Below, one piece after another: positions 8,991-19,857 of a DNA stretch of 54,504 nt. How positions within the stretch are numbered: the stretch's first letter is position 1; each line of letters begins with the position of its first letter. The DNA comes from an uncultured bacterium (GTDB lineage: Bacteria > Pseudomonadota > Gammaproteobacteria > Ga0077536). The position numbers and the translations under genes are program-made. Under the pieces are notes generated by a model. The model saw nothing but the letters and a program-made list of their open reading frames with translations, did not search any database and was not told the origin of the DNA. The stretch is from contig CAXGUU010000001.1 of NCBI GenBank assembly GCA_964012875.1, positions 1 through 54,504 on the forward strand, read 5' to 3'.

Positions 8991-10541
8991 TCAAGGTCGG
9001 AACGGAAACGCGACGGCACCGGTGCGCAATGCGCGTCGGGCGAGCTTGACCCAGCGACAAAGGTGGGCGCGCGTGTGGGAGGGCTCGATGATTTCTTCAA
9101 TTTCGAAGTGCTCGGCACCGCGCAGCGGTGAGCGCACCCGATTCAGTCTCGTTTTAATCTCGGCCAAGTGAGTATCGTAGTCGGAGGCGGCCTCCAACTC
9201 CGCCTTGTAGGCAACCTCGATGCCACCCTCGATGGGTAATGAGCCCCAGTCGCCCGACGGCCAGGCCATACGAAAATGATGGCTGCCAGGTTTTTGATTC
9301 GCGGCACCGGCCACGCCAAATGCTTTCCGGACAACAACCGCGCAGAACGGTACCGTGGATTGACCGAGGGCCGCGAGCGCCTGCGAACCAAAACGGATGG
9401 TGGCTTCGGCCTCGGCCTGTTTACCGATCAAAAACCCCGGACAGTCCTCGAGATGGACAATTGGCAGGTGAAAGGTCGAGGCAATGTCCAGCAGACGAAT
9501 CAATTTACGTGCCGCATCTGCCGTCCACGCGCCGCCATAGACGTATGGATCTTCGGCGAACAATGCCACCGGCACGCCGTCCAGGCGCGCGAACCCACTG
9601 ATGATCGATTTGCCCCAGCCGCCTCCGATTTCAAAAAAGGAGTCGCGATCGACGATCGCATCGATGACCGTTCGCATCTTATAAACCTGGCGCGGGTTCT
9701 TCGGCACGATGGCGTTGAGTTCCGGGGCGCTCCGTTGCGGCGAATCATCGTGCTCGGTCAGTGGTGGTAACTCATCGACATTTTGCGGCAGATAAGACAG
9801 GAATCGTTTTGCCCGCTCGAAAGCTTCTGTTTCGGTCTCGGCCTCGTCGTCTATTGCGCCGTTGCCGGTATGGATCGCGCTTGCGCCTAGTTCTTCTTTA
9901 GACACTTTGCCGAGGCCGGCCCATTCGACCAGCGCGGGACCTGCTATCATCATCTGCGCGGTATCTCTCACAATGACCGAATAATGGCTGGTGGCCACCC
10001 GCGCCGCACCGATACCAGCGACCGAGCCAAGTGCCAAAGCCACTGACGGCGCGACGCTCAAATGTTGTACCACCAGCTCCCAACCTTTGAGTCGCGGAAT
10101 GAAGGTACGGCCTGCAAGTTCGATCGACTTGACGGAGCCGCCGCCACCCATTCCGTCAACGAGCCGGATGTGCGGTAACTTGAGTTCCAGCGCCAGGCCT
10201 TCGGCCTGTGCGCGTTTTTCAGGGATATGCGCTTCCGCGGAGCCGCCACGCACGGTGAAATCGTCGCCGGAGACGATCACCGGTCGGCCGTCGATCTCGG
10301 CGTCACCGAAGAGGAAATTCGAAGGTTTGACGGTGACGAGATCGCCGTTGTCGTCGTATTCCGCGCTGCCAGCGAGCTTGCCGATTTCGTGGAAACTGTC
10401 GCGGTCGACGATGGCCTGGAACCGTTCCCGGATGGTCAGTTTGCCAAAGTGATGTTGGCGTTCAACCTTGTCGACGCCGCCCATGGCGTCAGCGAGTGTC
10501 TCGCGCGCGGCGAGCTCGTCAAGTTCCTTGTCCCAGGTCAT
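8991..10541 (-). CDS. Acyl-CoA carboxylase carboxyltransferase (beta-subunit family)
   Basis: 516 aa. Has the two-domain crotonase-like CT pattern (DDFTVRGGS..., GGAWTADAARKLIRLLD..., FHLPIVHLEDCPGF). Confidence 0.85.
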   Translation of the reverse strand: MTWDKELDELAARETLADAMGGVDKVERQHHFGKLTIRERFQAIVDRDSFHEIGKLAGSAEYDDNGDLVTVKPSNFLFGDAEIDGRPVIVSGDDFTVRGGSAEAHIPEKRAQAEGLALELKLPHIRLVDGMGGGGSVKSIELAGRTFIPRLKGWELVVQHLSVAPSVALALGSVAGIGAARVATSHYSVIVRDTAQMMIAGPALVEWAGLGKVSKEELGASAIHTGNGAIDDEAETETEAFERAKRFLSYLPQNVDELPPLTEHDDSPQRSAPELNAIVPKNPRQVYKMRTVIDAIVDRDSFFEIGGGWGKSIISGFARLDGVPVALFAEDPYVYGGAWTADAARKLIRLLDIASTFHLPIVHLEDCPGFLIGKQAEAEATIRFGSQALAALGQSTVPFCAVVVRKAFGVAGAANQKPGSHHFRMAWPSGDWGSLPIEGGIEVAYKAELEAASDYDTHLAEIKTRLNRVRSPLRGAEHFEIEEIIEPSHTRAHLCRWVKLARRALRTGAVAFPFRP

Positions 10542-10664
10542 AGCGTCATTCCGCCCGTGGTGAGTCCAGACAAGCGACCGAGATTACCCGATCCTGCTGC
10601 TCGATTGGCGACGCTCACTCGGCGCTCATGATTTAATGCTTGCAACTTCAGATGAGACGACGAC

Positions 10665-11492
10665 ATGACTACGGCTACGGAACGCAAAGCTATATTCATT
10701 ACCGGCGCCGCCAGCGGCATGGGCCGCGAAACAGCGCGACTTTTTTGCGCGGGCGGTTGGTTCGTTGGCGCCTATGATGTGGATTACGAAGGCCTGCAGA
10801 CTTTACAGGAAGCGTTGGGCCGCGACGCCTGCTTGATCAGAAAACTCGATGTATCGGATCGCGAAGACTATCGCGAAGCCCTGACCGAGTTTGCGAACGC
10901 GACCGGCGGCAAACTCGATTTATTGTTCAATAACGCCGGGATTGGCAGGGCCGGTTTCTTCGATGAGCAAAGTTTCGACGACGTAATGGCGGTGGTTAAC
11001 GTCAATTTCGTTGGCGTATTGAATGGCATCCATCTTGCGTGCGATCTGCTGAGGGCGACGCCAAACTCCTTGTGTTTCACGACCTCGTCATCATCGGCGA
11101 CTTACGGCATGCCGGGCATAGCGGTTTACTCGGCGACAAAGCATGCTGTCAAAGGCCTGACCGAAGCCTTGTCGATTGAACTCAGCCGGTACGGTGTCAG
11201 GGTTGCCGATACCTTACCTGGGCTCATCGATACCGCGATCCTGCCAGACGAGCTCAAACAGAATGCTGCCAAAGAAGGGATGTTCCGTCTCATTCCGCCG
11301 ATTGAAGTGGCGCGGGCGGTGTGGGCGTCCTATCACGATGACCCCGACCGTCTGCACTGGTTTGTGCCCGAGGAAATTGCAGAACTCGACAAGGCCTCCG
11401 CACTCGATCCGGAAGGCACTCGTGAGCAGCTCGCGACCCGTGGTGAAATCGGCGCCATGATGGAAAAGGCGCGCGCGGCGGCAGGCGGCTGA
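10665..11492 (+). CDS. SDR-family oxidoreductase
   Basis: TGAASGMG cofactor motif, NNAG, and YSATKHAV (YxxxK catalytic motif). Confidence 0.85.
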   Translation: MTTATERKAIFITGAASGMGRETARLFCAGGWFVGAYDVDYEGLQTLQEALGRDACLIRKLDVSDREDYREALTEFANATGGKLDLLFNNAGIGRAGFFDEQSFDDVMAVVNVNFVGVLNGIHLACDLLRATPNSLCFTTSSSSATYGMPGIAVYSATKHAVKGLTEALSIELSRYGVRVADTLPGLIDTAILPDELKQNAAKEGMFRLIPPIEVARAVWASYHDDPDRLHWFVPEEIAELDKASALDPEGTREQLATRGEIGAMMEKARAAAGG

Positions 11493-11523
11493 CAGATCGC
11501 TCGCTGGAATCGACCGATACAGG

Positions 11524-12009
11524 TTGCCATCGGGTCTCCGACGTAAAGTGGCGTTCAAGGTCTGGGTTGATGCCGATGGTTGCCCGAAACCAGCAAAGGA
11601 GATTCTCTTTCGTGCAGCAGATCGAACCGGCATTAAAGTAACGCTCGTCGCTAACCACATGCTGTGGGTTCCGCCATCGCCCAATATCGAATTCGTAAAT
11701 GTTGGTGCCGGTTTTGATGTCGCCGATGATCGCATTGCAGAATTGCTCGAAGCAGGAGATCTGGTCGTGACAAGCGACATTCCGCTCGCTGCTGATGTGC
11801 TCGAGCTTGGCGCACTGGCGCTTACGCCTCGTGGCGAGCCTTTCGATCCTGAGACGATCAGACAGCGACTGACCATGCGCGACTTCATGGAGACGATGCG
11901 AGGCAGCGGCGTCGTCAGTGGTGGACCCTCGGCCTATGACGCACGTGACAAGCAGGCTTTCGCTAATGCACTCGATCGCATCCTGACCCGCGCAACGGCT
12001 GCGCGCTGA
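11524..12009 (+). CDS. YaiI/YqxD (UPF0178/DUF188) family protein
   Basis: VWVDADGCP...VTSDIPLAA..., characteristic of the family. Start is uncertain (TTG 11524 or GTG 11548). Confidence 0.75.
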   Translation: MPSGLRRKVAFKVWVDADGCPKPAKEILFRAADRTGIKVTLVANHMLWVPPSPNIEFVNVGAGFDVADDRIAELLEAGDLVVTSDIPLAADVLELGALALTPRGEPFDPETIRQRLTMRDFMETMRGSGVVSGGPSAYDARDKQAFANALDRILTRATAAR

Positions 12010-12046
12010 CCTATACTTGTGATCTACCGCCCACCCTGGAGTCAAC

Positions 12047-13225
12047 ATGCAATGGTGTTCGGCGATTAGTCGCCAAACGGATCTGGACACGGCGCTGACC
12101 GACATCGGGTCGCAAATCAGCGCCGTGCTAACGCTGCCGCCCGACCTTGTTTTCGTCTTTGCGTCCGAGCATTACCTGCCCCGCTTCGATGAACTACCGG
12201 GACGGGTGCGCGCGGCCCTGAATGCAGATCGGATCGTTGGTGGCTCAGCCAGCGGTGTAATCGCTGCGAATCAGGAAATCGAGTTTGAACCAGGGCTTGC
12301 AATACTCGCGGCCTCGCTGCCCGACGTTGATATCGAGTGCTGGCACCTTGAGCAGCACGACCTCGCCCCCGGCACTGCACACAGCGAGCGCTGCGCGGCG
12401 CTGGCGGCACGCGACCCGGGACAGCTGATCCTGTTGGCTGATCCATTCAGTTTTCCGCCCGAACAACTCCTGCACGCACTCGAAACTGCATTCGCGACCA
12501 GCACCATTGCCGGCGGCCTGGTGAGTGGTGGTCGCAGTCCCGGCGAAATGGCCCTGTTCGTCGATGACAAGTGCTACCACTCCGGCGCGATCGTAATGGC
12601 GCTCAATGGCAACATAGAAATGCTGACGGCGGTCGCTCAGGGCTGCCGGCCTATCGGCGAGCCAATGTTTGCGACCGCCGTCGACCAGAATCAACTGCTG
12701 GCGCTCGATGATCGCTCGCCAGTCGAAGTACTGAACCAGCTCTATGGCCAGGCGTCCGATCACGACAAGCAACTGATGCAGCATTCGCTCTTTGTTGGCC
12801 TGGCGATGCGTGCCGGCGAATCAACCTACGGTCAGGGCGATTACTTAATCAGGAATGTCATCGGTGCTGACCAGGGCAGCGGGTCCATCGCGGTTGCAGC
12901 TCACCTGCACCCCAATCAGGTCGTGCAATTCCACCTGCGTGACGCCAAAACCTCGGCCGATGATTTACGCCAGGTACTCGGTCGCCTTGAGTCGGCACTG
13001 GGCTCGGGCACACCCGATGGCGCATTGCTTTTTTCGTGCACCGGCCGCGGCCGCGGACTCTATGGTGAAAGCGGTCATGATTCCGCCAGTTTTACCGAAA
13101 CCATCGGCCAGCTGCCGCTCGGCGGTTTCTTTTGTAACGGTGAGATCGGGCCCGTCGGGGGCGCTACCTTTGTGCATGGGTATACGAGCTCGTTCGCCGT
13201 TTTCAGACCCATAACGTCAGAATAA
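12047..13225 (+). CDS. FIST-domain signal-transduction protein
   Basis: 392 aa. N-terminal DLVFVFAS...GGSASGVI and C-terminal GFFCNGEIGP...HGYTSSFAVF match the FIST_N/FIST_C pattern. Confidence 0.75.
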   Translation: MQWCSAISRQTDLDTALTDIGSQISAVLTLPPDLVFVFASEHYLPRFDELPGRVRAALNADRIVGGSASGVIAANQEIEFEPGLAILAASLPDVDIECWHLEQHDLAPGTAHSERCAALAARDPGQLILLADPFSFPPEQLLHALETAFATSTIAGGLVSGGRSPGEMALFVDDKCYHSGAIVMALNGNIEMLTAVAQGCRPIGEPMFATAVDQNQLLALDDRSPVEVLNQLYGQASDHDKQLMQHSLFVGLAMRAGESTYGQGDYLIRNVIGADQGSGSIAVAAHLHPNQVVQFHLRDAKTSADDLRQVLGRLESALGSGTPDGALLFSCTGRGRGLYGESGHDSASFTETIGQLPLGGFFCNGEIGPVGGATFVHGYTSSFAVFRPITSE

Positions 13226-13240
13226 GCGGCTGTCTCGGCT

Positions 13241-14059
13241 TCAGTTCAGCTGTCGGTTCAGATCACTGAGGCGCTCGACCATATCGTCAAATTCGGTTGC
13301 GGTAGAATAGCGCGAGGCCTGAATGTAATGCGCCGCACCGATTGTCTTGCACGCGCCCAGGGTTTCCACGGCTTCGTCCTGCGAATCCGGTAAGCCGCCA
13401 ATCAGTACCATGGCAGGGCACGGCTTACCTGCCGCGTCGGCCATTTCCGCGAGCTTGTCATAGCGTGGTTTTAGTTTGTCAGCGTCCAGCCCTATCGGTA
13501 ACCAACCATCACCGACCCGCACGGTCCGTTCAAGTGCAGCATCGGTCATACCGCCGACATAAATCGGAGGGCACGGTGGCCTGGGCCGGAATAGAAACGG
13601 TTGTCCATTCAGTTCAACAACATCGTCATCGGCATGGAAGCATTCGAGAATAAAGTCGATGGTCTCGTCCGTGATTTTGCCGCGCTGATTCTTAGGCACA
13701 TTCAGCACCTTGAATTCGGGTTCCATCCAGCCGGGGCCGATACCGAAATGCAAGCGGCCGCCCGAAAGCGCCTGAATGCTGGCAATCCACTTTGCCGTCG
13801 GCAAGGCGGTGCGGTAGGGCAACACCAGCACACTGACGCCAAGTTCAATGGTTCTGGTGGCAGCAGCGAAATACGACAGGACCGCCAACGGGTCCAGCCA
13901 GATTCCCTCGGAACCCTCGGCATCGTCTGGCGGAATGGCGATGTGGTCGACCGTCCAGATGTGCGCGAGACCGGCTGCTTCCGCGCTCTCGGCTGCATGG
14001 CGGATGAGTTCGGCTGTTGCTGCAGGTCCCATGTTCCTGATCGCCGTACCGATTTTCAT
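13241..14059 (-). CDS. LLM-class flavin/F420-dependent oxidoreductase
   Basis: 272 aa with HIWTVDH...LSGGRLHFGIGPGWMEPEF...GDGWLP. Confidence 0.85.
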   Translation of the reverse strand: MKIGTAIRNMGPAATAELIRHAAESAEAAGLAHIWTVDHIAIPPDDAEGSEGIWLDPLAVLSYFAAATRTIELGVSVLVLPYRTALPTAKWIASIQALSGGRLHFGIGPGWMEPEFKVLNVPKNQRGKITDETIDFILECFHADDDVVELNGQPFLFRPRPPCPPIYVGGMTDAALERTVRVGDGWLPIGLDADKLKPRYDKLAEMADAAGKPCPAMVLIGGLPDSQDEAVETLGACKTIGAAHYIQASRYSTATEFDDMVERLSDLNRQLN

Positions 14060-14222
14060 AATGAGGCTCCCCGTTCGTCCAGCAAACGCGCGCCAGTGTA
14101 CCGGGATTTCCGCGTCAAGGTATCTCCTAACGCGAACCGGCCGGCTTGTTCGTGCACCCCCGGTCAGATGTTAAGGTGCCTCGGCAATCGCAGCTGCGCA
14201 GACATCAACAGGGAGACAGGCA

Positions 14223-14471
14223 GTGAAAATGACAGTCGAGATCAGTATGTATCCGGTGCGGGATGAGTACCTGCCGCCAATCAAGCATTTCATTGCCGAG
14301 CTCAATCAATATCGGGAGCTGAACGTCGACACCACACCAACATCGACCCGCGTTACTGGCGACTACGACGCGGTCATGGCGATGTTGAATGCGACCATGA
14401 AAGCGAGTTACGAACGCTACGGCACCTCGGTTTTCGTGACCAAGTTTTTGCCCGGCTATGTTGCTGAGTAG
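14223..14471 (+). CDS. YkoF/MTH1187-like (DUF77, thiamine-binding-type) small protein
   Basis: 82 aa, MKMTVEISMYPV... ferredoxin-like pattern. GGGAGA lies 6 nt upstream of GTG 14223. Confidence 0.55.
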   Translation: MKMTVEISMYPVRDEYLPPIKHFIAELNQYRELNVDTTPTSTRVTGDYDAVMAMLNATMKASYERYGTSVFVTKFLPGYVAE

Positions 14472-14557
14472 AGTTACGCCGGAGCGATGTCAGGTTCTTG
14501 CGAATGGGTATGGTTCTTGAGCTGATCCCGCGCTTGCCGACCACCTCCGCAAGGGTA

Positions 14558-15565
14558 TCAGTCGAGCAGCTTCAGTAAACCGGCATAGCTCGCCTCCAAG
14601 GCACCCGGTTCCGGCGGCATGGCGTTCAATAACATGATTTCGTCCAGCGTCCCCTCATACTCGGCCAGGCGTCGCCGGCAGTCGGCAACCGTTCCTGCGA
14701 TTGTAAGCTGATCGATACATTCATCCGGGATCGCGTCGACCGCCGCTTCCAGCTTGCCGGCCGGCATGAGCTTGAGTAAATCGTCTGCTGATTTCGAGAA
14801 ACCCTGCTCCCGCATGGTGAACTCGTAATAAGGGTGGGGCAGGGGCGCATAGAGATGACATATTGCCTCTCGGGCTGCGCGTCGTGCCCGCTCCCGATCC
14901 TCGTCAACCGCAGTGATGGCGACGGCATTCCATTTAAGGCTGGTGAAATCCCGATCGACCTCTGCGGCAGCCGCGCGTGCCTGCGGTTTGATCATCTCGT
15001 CCACATAGGTTGCCGATAAGGTGGCGCCGCCGGCAATACCATCGGCAACCTGCGCTGCAACCCGCATCATGCGCGGAAATACGGCAGCCAGGTAAACCGG
15101 GTAGGGCCTATCGCCGGGGTCAACGGACGGCGTCCATTCCATGTTGTAGATCTTGCCGCTGTAACTGACTGTCTCGCCCAGCCGTGTGCGCCCGATGATT
15201 TTCATCAGCTCAACGTACTCGCGCATGCGCGTCAGCACGCGCTCGTGCGGAATGCCCTGCCATTGTTCGTTGATGATGCGGTTACCGCCACCAACGCCGA
15301 GTATGAGGCGCCCGCTTGAAAACTCGTTGAAATCAACTGCGGCCATGCCGGCCAGGTAGGGACTGCGGCCGTAAGCGTTCAGCACATAGGGCGCGAGCCG
15401 AACGCGTTGGGTGGCCGCGGCCATGGCAGTCAGGGTGACCCAGCCACTGCGCCAGGCTTCAGCCATTGCCAGCGTCGAAAAGCCGCGGGCGTCAGCATTG
15501 CATGCGACCGCGGTCATCTCCGATACGGTTACTCCACCGCCGACAAAAATAATGCCTGTATCCAT
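14558..15565 (-). CDS. LLM-class flavin-dependent oxidoreductase
   Basis: Track ORF trimmed to ATG 15565, with AGGAG 6 nt upstream. Contains MAEAWRSGW...SGRLILGVGGGN. Confidence 0.85.
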   Translation of the reverse strand: MDTGIIFVGGGVTVSEMTAVACNADARGFSTLAMAEAWRSGWVTLTAMAAATQRVRLAPYVLNAYGRSPYLAGMAAVDFNEFSSGRLILGVGGGNRIINEQWQGIPHERVLTRMREYVELMKIIGRTRLGETVSYSGKIYNMEWTPSVDPGDRPYPVYLAAVFPRMMRVAAQVADGIAGGATLSATYVDEMIKPQARAAAAEVDRDFTSLKWNAVAITAVDEDRERARRAAREAICHLYAPLPHPYYEFTMREQGFSKSADDLLKLMPAGKLEAAVDAIPDECIDQLTIAGTVADCRRRLAEYEGTLDEIMLLNAMPPEPGALEASYAGLLKLLD

Positions 15566-15721
15566 TGTTTCGCTCCTAACAGGGTGATGCAAAATGTAGC
15601 GAGGAAGGTCAGGGGCAAGAGGCGGGTGAGGCGAGGACCGGAGCATGCTGATCCAAAAGGGGCCAGGCGCCGAACCTGCAACGCTGCCCGTGGCCTCCGC
15701 AGTAGTTTTGCATCACCGTGT

Positions 15722-17509
15722 TTAACCCTCGCCGTCGTCGTCACCGGTACCCGCGCCGACTGGTGGCGGCACGACGTTCAGGCCGAGTGTGGCGCTGACA
15801 ATCCCGCGGGCCGCTTCGCGCCCATATTCGTGTGAGTTTGCCTCGGTTTGCGGGACGGCGAATTCGCCGCCCTGTGGGGCAGGCGGAGAGTCTCCAGCCT
15901 GTTTCATGTACAGCGTTTGCGTCGGGTAGGCGAACTCAACGCCTAGTTTGGCCGCCAGGCGCAGGGAGTCCAGCAAAAAGCGGTGGCGTTCGCGCAGCTC
16001 CGTGCCCCAGTCCGGTGTTTCCCAGAAGACGTAGATCAGGATCTCGAGCGCCGAGTCGCCGAAATTATTGAAGTATATGTGGAAGCTGTCTTTGCGCATG
16101 TAGGGGTGGATTCGCACCAGTTCACGCAGGCCCTCGCAGAACGAATCGATACGCTCGGCCGGGGTGTCGTAGGCGATTCCGTACTTGCAACTCAGGCGGC
16201 GGTATTGTCGTTGTCCCATGTTATCGACGTTGGCCGTGATCAGGGTCGAGTTGGGGACTGAGACCAGGGAGTTGTAGAACGTCCGTATGCGGGTGCTGCG
16301 AAAGCCGATGCGCTCGACCGTGCCTTCGACATCGCCAATCACAACCCAGTCACCGACATTGAATGTCTGGTCGAGCAGTACAGTGATCGAACCAAAAAGA
16401 TTGCCGGCCACGTCTTTCGCTGCCAGCGCGAAGGCGAGGCCGCCGAGACCGAGGCCCGCGAGCAGGCTGGTGACGTCAACATCGAGGTTGTCGGCGATGA
16501 ATACCCCACCCGTGACCGTAATGAACACCTTGATGGTCTTTGTGGCCAGCGGGACCAGCGCGTCATCGAGCTTACTCTCGGTCGTGAGCGCCTTGTTTTG
16601 CAGGAATGCGGTCAGTAGATCGACCAGTCGGTAGGCGCCCCACACGGCCGACAGGCAGGCCAGGAATTTGACCGAGACCAACAGTATTGCGAGTGCGTTG
16701 GCCGGCAGGCCAAGCAGGTTGAGGCCTGCCCACCACACCAGCGCCATGGCCATCAAGCCAAGCGGCCGCAGGATGGTGTCATCGACCCGCCGAAAGGATC
16801 CTTCAGCAAAGCGCTTACGCCAGGTTCTCGCGAATATGCGCAGGAAGCCGGCGACGAGCTTGTCGACGATGAAACCGATGAAAATAATGGCCAGGATACC
16901 GAACCATTGCCAGCGTTCGAGCGTGAAAGTCGTTTGCCGCCAGTCGTCAGAAAGCTTGCGGCGGATTTGCAGGTGCATAGGCAGGTGGCTTAAGCGCGCT
17001 TCTGCTTCTTCCGCATCTGCGGCAGCGAGCAACTCATCGAGGATGGTTGGTAGAGCTGCAACCGTGGCTGCAGAAAATTGCCAGCCCACATGTTCTTTGA
17101 ACTCGATTGAGACCTTGCCGGAACTGTAGGTGTTGAATACGAACGGCGCGCCCGAGGTTCTGGTCGAGAATTTTTTCGTATTCGGTTCTCGCGTGAGGTC
17201 GATAACTTCTTGCAACAGGTAGACGAGCTCGGCACCTTTTTCGTCGCGGACCAGGGGATTCACGTCACTCAAATCGAGTGTCGAAACCGCGGCCTTGAGC
17301 GAGCCGCTCACACCTTCGTCAACGCCCTGCATGGCGGACAGAAAGGTCTCCACGGTGGCGCGTGGCGTCACCAGGGTCTCCGGTATCGGCGCTGGTTCAG
17401 CGGCTGGCGCGGGTTGTGTCGGAAGAACCTGGCCGCCGGCGACGCCGGGCCCCGATAACAGCGCCACCAACGCGAGTACTAAGGCGGCAATTTGACGGCG
17501 TGAGGTCAT
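15722..17509 (-). CDS. Mechanosensitive ion channel (MscS family) with signal peptide and large N-terminal domain
   Basis: 595 aa with several TM segments, followed by the MscS beta-domain pattern FNVGDWVVIGDVEGTVERIGFRSTRIRT. Confidence 0.85.
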   Translation of the reverse strand: MTSRRQIAALVLALVALLSGPGVAGGQVLPTQPAPAAEPAPIPETLVTPRATVETFLSAMQGVDEGVSGSLKAAVSTLDLSDVNPLVRDEKGAELVYLLQEVIDLTREPNTKKFSTRTSGAPFVFNTYSSGKVSIEFKEHVGWQFSAATVAALPTILDELLAAADAEEAEARLSHLPMHLQIRRKLSDDWRQTTFTLERWQWFGILAIIFIGFIVDKLVAGFLRIFARTWRKRFAEGSFRRVDDTILRPLGLMAMALVWWAGLNLLGLPANALAILLVSVKFLACLSAVWGAYRLVDLLTAFLQNKALTTESKLDDALVPLATKTIKVFITVTGGVFIADNLDVDVTSLLAGLGLGGLAFALAAKDVAGNLFGSITVLLDQTFNVGDWVVIGDVEGTVERIGFRSTRIRTFYNSLVSVPNSTLITANVDNMGQRQYRRLSCKYGIAYDTPAERIDSFCEGLRELVRIHPYMRKDSFHIYFNNFGDSALEILIYVFWETPDWGTELRERHRFLLDSLRLAAKLGVEFAYPTQTLYMKQAGDSPPAPQGGEFAVPQTEANSHEYGREAARGIVSATLGLNVVPPPVGAGTGDDDGEG

Positions 17510-17587
17510 GGGTTCAAGCGCTCCTGGCAGGTATCGTGGAAGTACGGCCGCGGTGAAAATCCGCAGGCAACCCGGCGTCCGCGCGGT

Positions 17588-18799
17588 CTAACTGTTGTCT
17601 TCCATTGTGCCGATTACCTGGTCCTGTTCAAGCGCTGCAATGGCTTCGGCGTCAAGTCCGAGTTCCCCACGCAGAACCTCATGATTGTGCTCACCCAGGC
17701 GCGGTACATGACGACCGACTGTCGCATGCGTTTCAGAAAAGAGGAAGGCCGTGTTTGGCACTTTGAGCGGCCCTTCGGCGTCTTCGATTTCGGTCAACAT
17801 GCCACGATGCAATAACTGCGGGTCGCCATCGAGGTCACGCACATGCCGATAACGCGCGCATGGCAGGTTATGAGATTCAAACGCGTCGATGCATTGGTCG
17901 CAGCTATGATTGCGCGTCCACTGCTCGATTTCCCCTTGCAGAAAATCGTAGTTGTGCACCCGCGCCGTCGTCGTTTTAAAGCGCTCATCGTTAAGCATGT
18001 CGGATTTGCCGATGATCCTGACCAAGGCTTCAAAGTGATGTTGATTGAGTGGCACCACAATGACAAAACCGTCAGTCGTTTCGAGCGGTCCGTAGTGACG
18101 GTCGTTCATATCACCGAGAAACGCGGTCTGAAAATCCTTGTGCATGTTCGCCAGGAGGATGTCCTGCATGGCGATGTCGATGTACTGGCCCCGTCCCGTT
18201 TTCTCGCGATGGTACAGCGCCGCCATGATGGCGCCGAACGCTTGTTGTGCGGCCCCCGTGTCGCCGATAGGTAAGCCCATGTTGAGCGGCTTGGTCTGGC
18301 CGACCTGACTACGCAGATAAACGTACTCGAAACCACTGGTCGCCTGGACGATTGGGGCATAGGCCGGGCGCCAGGCTTCGGGCCCGGTTTGCCCGTAACC
18401 GGACACTGAACACATGATCAGCTGCTCATTAAGCTCCTGCAGTTTTTCGTATTCGAGGCCGAGGCGCTGCATGACGCCGGGACTGAAATTCTCCACGACC
18501 ACGTCATGGGTTTTAACGAGTCCCCGGCAGATCTCAATGGCCCGATCCTGCTTCAGATCCAGCGACAGGCAACGCTTGCCGCTGTTCATGGCACTGAAGA
18601 GCGCGCTAGTCTTGCCGCGCATGGGACCGGCGTGGCGTAGGATTTCGCCACTGAGACCTTCGACTTTCAGTACGGCAGCGCCGAGATCAGCCATCATCCG
18701 GGTGCAATACGAACCGGCAATTACGGCGGTAAAGTCGAGGACTTTGACGCCGTCCAGAATACGGGGGCCGGATTCGCTGCGGTTTTGCTCGATGGACAT
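17588..18799 (-). CDS. CaiB/BaiF family (class III) CoA-transferase
   Basis: 403 aa. LDGVKVLDFTAVIAGSYCTRMMADLGAAVLKVE is the typical N-terminus. Confidence 0.85.
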   Translation of the reverse strand: MSIEQNRSESGPRILDGVKVLDFTAVIAGSYCTRMMADLGAAVLKVEGLSGEILRHAGPMRGKTSALFSAMNSGKRCLSLDLKQDRAIEICRGLVKTHDVVVENFSPGVMQRLGLEYEKLQELNEQLIMCSVSGYGQTGPEAWRPAYAPIVQATSGFEYVYLRSQVGQTKPLNMGLPIGDTGAAQQAFGAIMAALYHREKTGRGQYIDIAMQDILLANMHKDFQTAFLGDMNDRHYGPLETTDGFVIVVPLNQHHFEALVRIIGKSDMLNDERFKTTTARVHNYDFLQGEIEQWTRNHSCDQCIDAFESHNLPCARYRHVRDLDGDPQLLHRGMLTEIEDAEGPLKVPNTAFLFSETHATVGRHVPRLGEHNHEVLRGELGLDAEAIAALEQDQVIGTMEDNS

Positions 18800-18897
18800 G
18801 ATGCCGGTGTCGTTTTACCTGGACGGGGAGCGTGCCGGATTATAGCGCCGTCTGGCTGTTGCCGGCGCGGACCATGCCGAATCCGTGGAATTTCCTC

Positions 18898-19842
18898 TCA
18901 GGCACGGCCATGTGGCGTGTTGAAGTCCAGATCAGGACCTTTGGGGATCAATCCGTTCTGATCGACTGTGCGGTAATAGCCATACTTGATTTTTTCGATG
19001 TCGACCGTGCCCGCAACACCGGGAAGCTGGTAAAGGTCGCGGCAGTAGGGCCACAGGTTCGGGTAGTCGACGATCCGCCGTTTGTTACATTTGTAAAGCG
19101 GGTAGTACACGCAGTCGAAACGTACCAGGCAGGCGAACAGCCGCCAGTCCGGTTCTGTTGGTCTTTCGCCGAGCAGGTAGCGTGACGTTTCTAGTTTTTG
19201 GTCGAGCTGATCGAGCGCTGCAAACAACTGGTCGAAACCGGCTTCGTAGTCGCGCTGGTTTTTCGCCAGCAGGCAGCGGTAGACACCGTCTGTAACGCGG
19301 TCGCCAACAAACGTGTTCAAGCTGTCAATTTCGGCGCGGAGTTGCTCGGGGAAAAAATTTAGTTCGGGGTGCCGGGCAAGGTGATCGAATTCACAGTTGA
19401 GCATGCGCGCAATTGCGCCGGAGTCGTTGTTCACGATCCGACCGGTCTGCTTGTCCCACAGGATGGGTATGCTGACCCGCCCTGTGAACGAATCATCGCT
19501 CGCCGAGTAAAACTGGTGCAGGTGGGTCGCGCCCAGATTGGGATCGCGATAATCACCGGTATCGCCGAACCACCAGCCATCCATGCTCATCGCGGGATCG
19601 AGTTCAACAGCAGCGATAACGTGGTCGAGTCCCTTTAATTCTCGCGTCACCACGCCACGGTGCGACCAGGGGCAGGTGCGGTTGAAGTAGAGGACGTAGC
19701 GGCCGCTTTCGGCGGCATACGTTGTGCTGCCATCGGCACTGATACGATCGCCGAAGCCGGCGGAAAAGCGAACCTGTTTACCGTCGCGCACGAAGCCGGA
19801 GATGTCCTCGCGCTGCCATTTCCCGTCCACCAACATACCCAT
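18898..19842 (-). CDS. Glutathionyl-hydroquinone reductase (Xi/omega-like GST, YqjG/ECM4 type)
   Basis: 314 aa, GRYVLYFNRTCPWSHRGVVTREL (CPWxHR active-site motif). Confidence 0.85.
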   Translation of the reverse strand: MGMLVDGKWQREDISGFVRDGKQVRFSAGFGDRISADGSTTYAAESGRYVLYFNRTCPWSHRGVVTRELKGLDHVIAAVELDPAMSMDGWWFGDTGDYRDPNLGATHLHQFYSASDDSFTGRVSIPILWDKQTGRIVNNDSGAIARMLNCEFDHLARHPELNFFPEQLRAEIDSLNTFVGDRVTDGVYRCLLAKNQRDYEAGFDQLFAALDQLDQKLETSRYLLGERPTEPDWRLFACLVRFDCVYYPLYKCNKRRIVDYPNLWPYCRDLYQLPGVAGTVDIEKIKYGYYRTVDQNGLIPKGPDLDFNTPHGRA

Positions 19843-19857
19843 CGTCGCGCTCCCTGC

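Noticed and set aside
14060-14222. Possible TPP riboswitch upstream of the YkoF-like thiamine-binding-type gene
   Set aside because: I could not find the conserved CUGAGA or ACCUGAUCUGGAUAAUGCCAGCG-type elements. The interval looks like an ordinary divergent promoter region.
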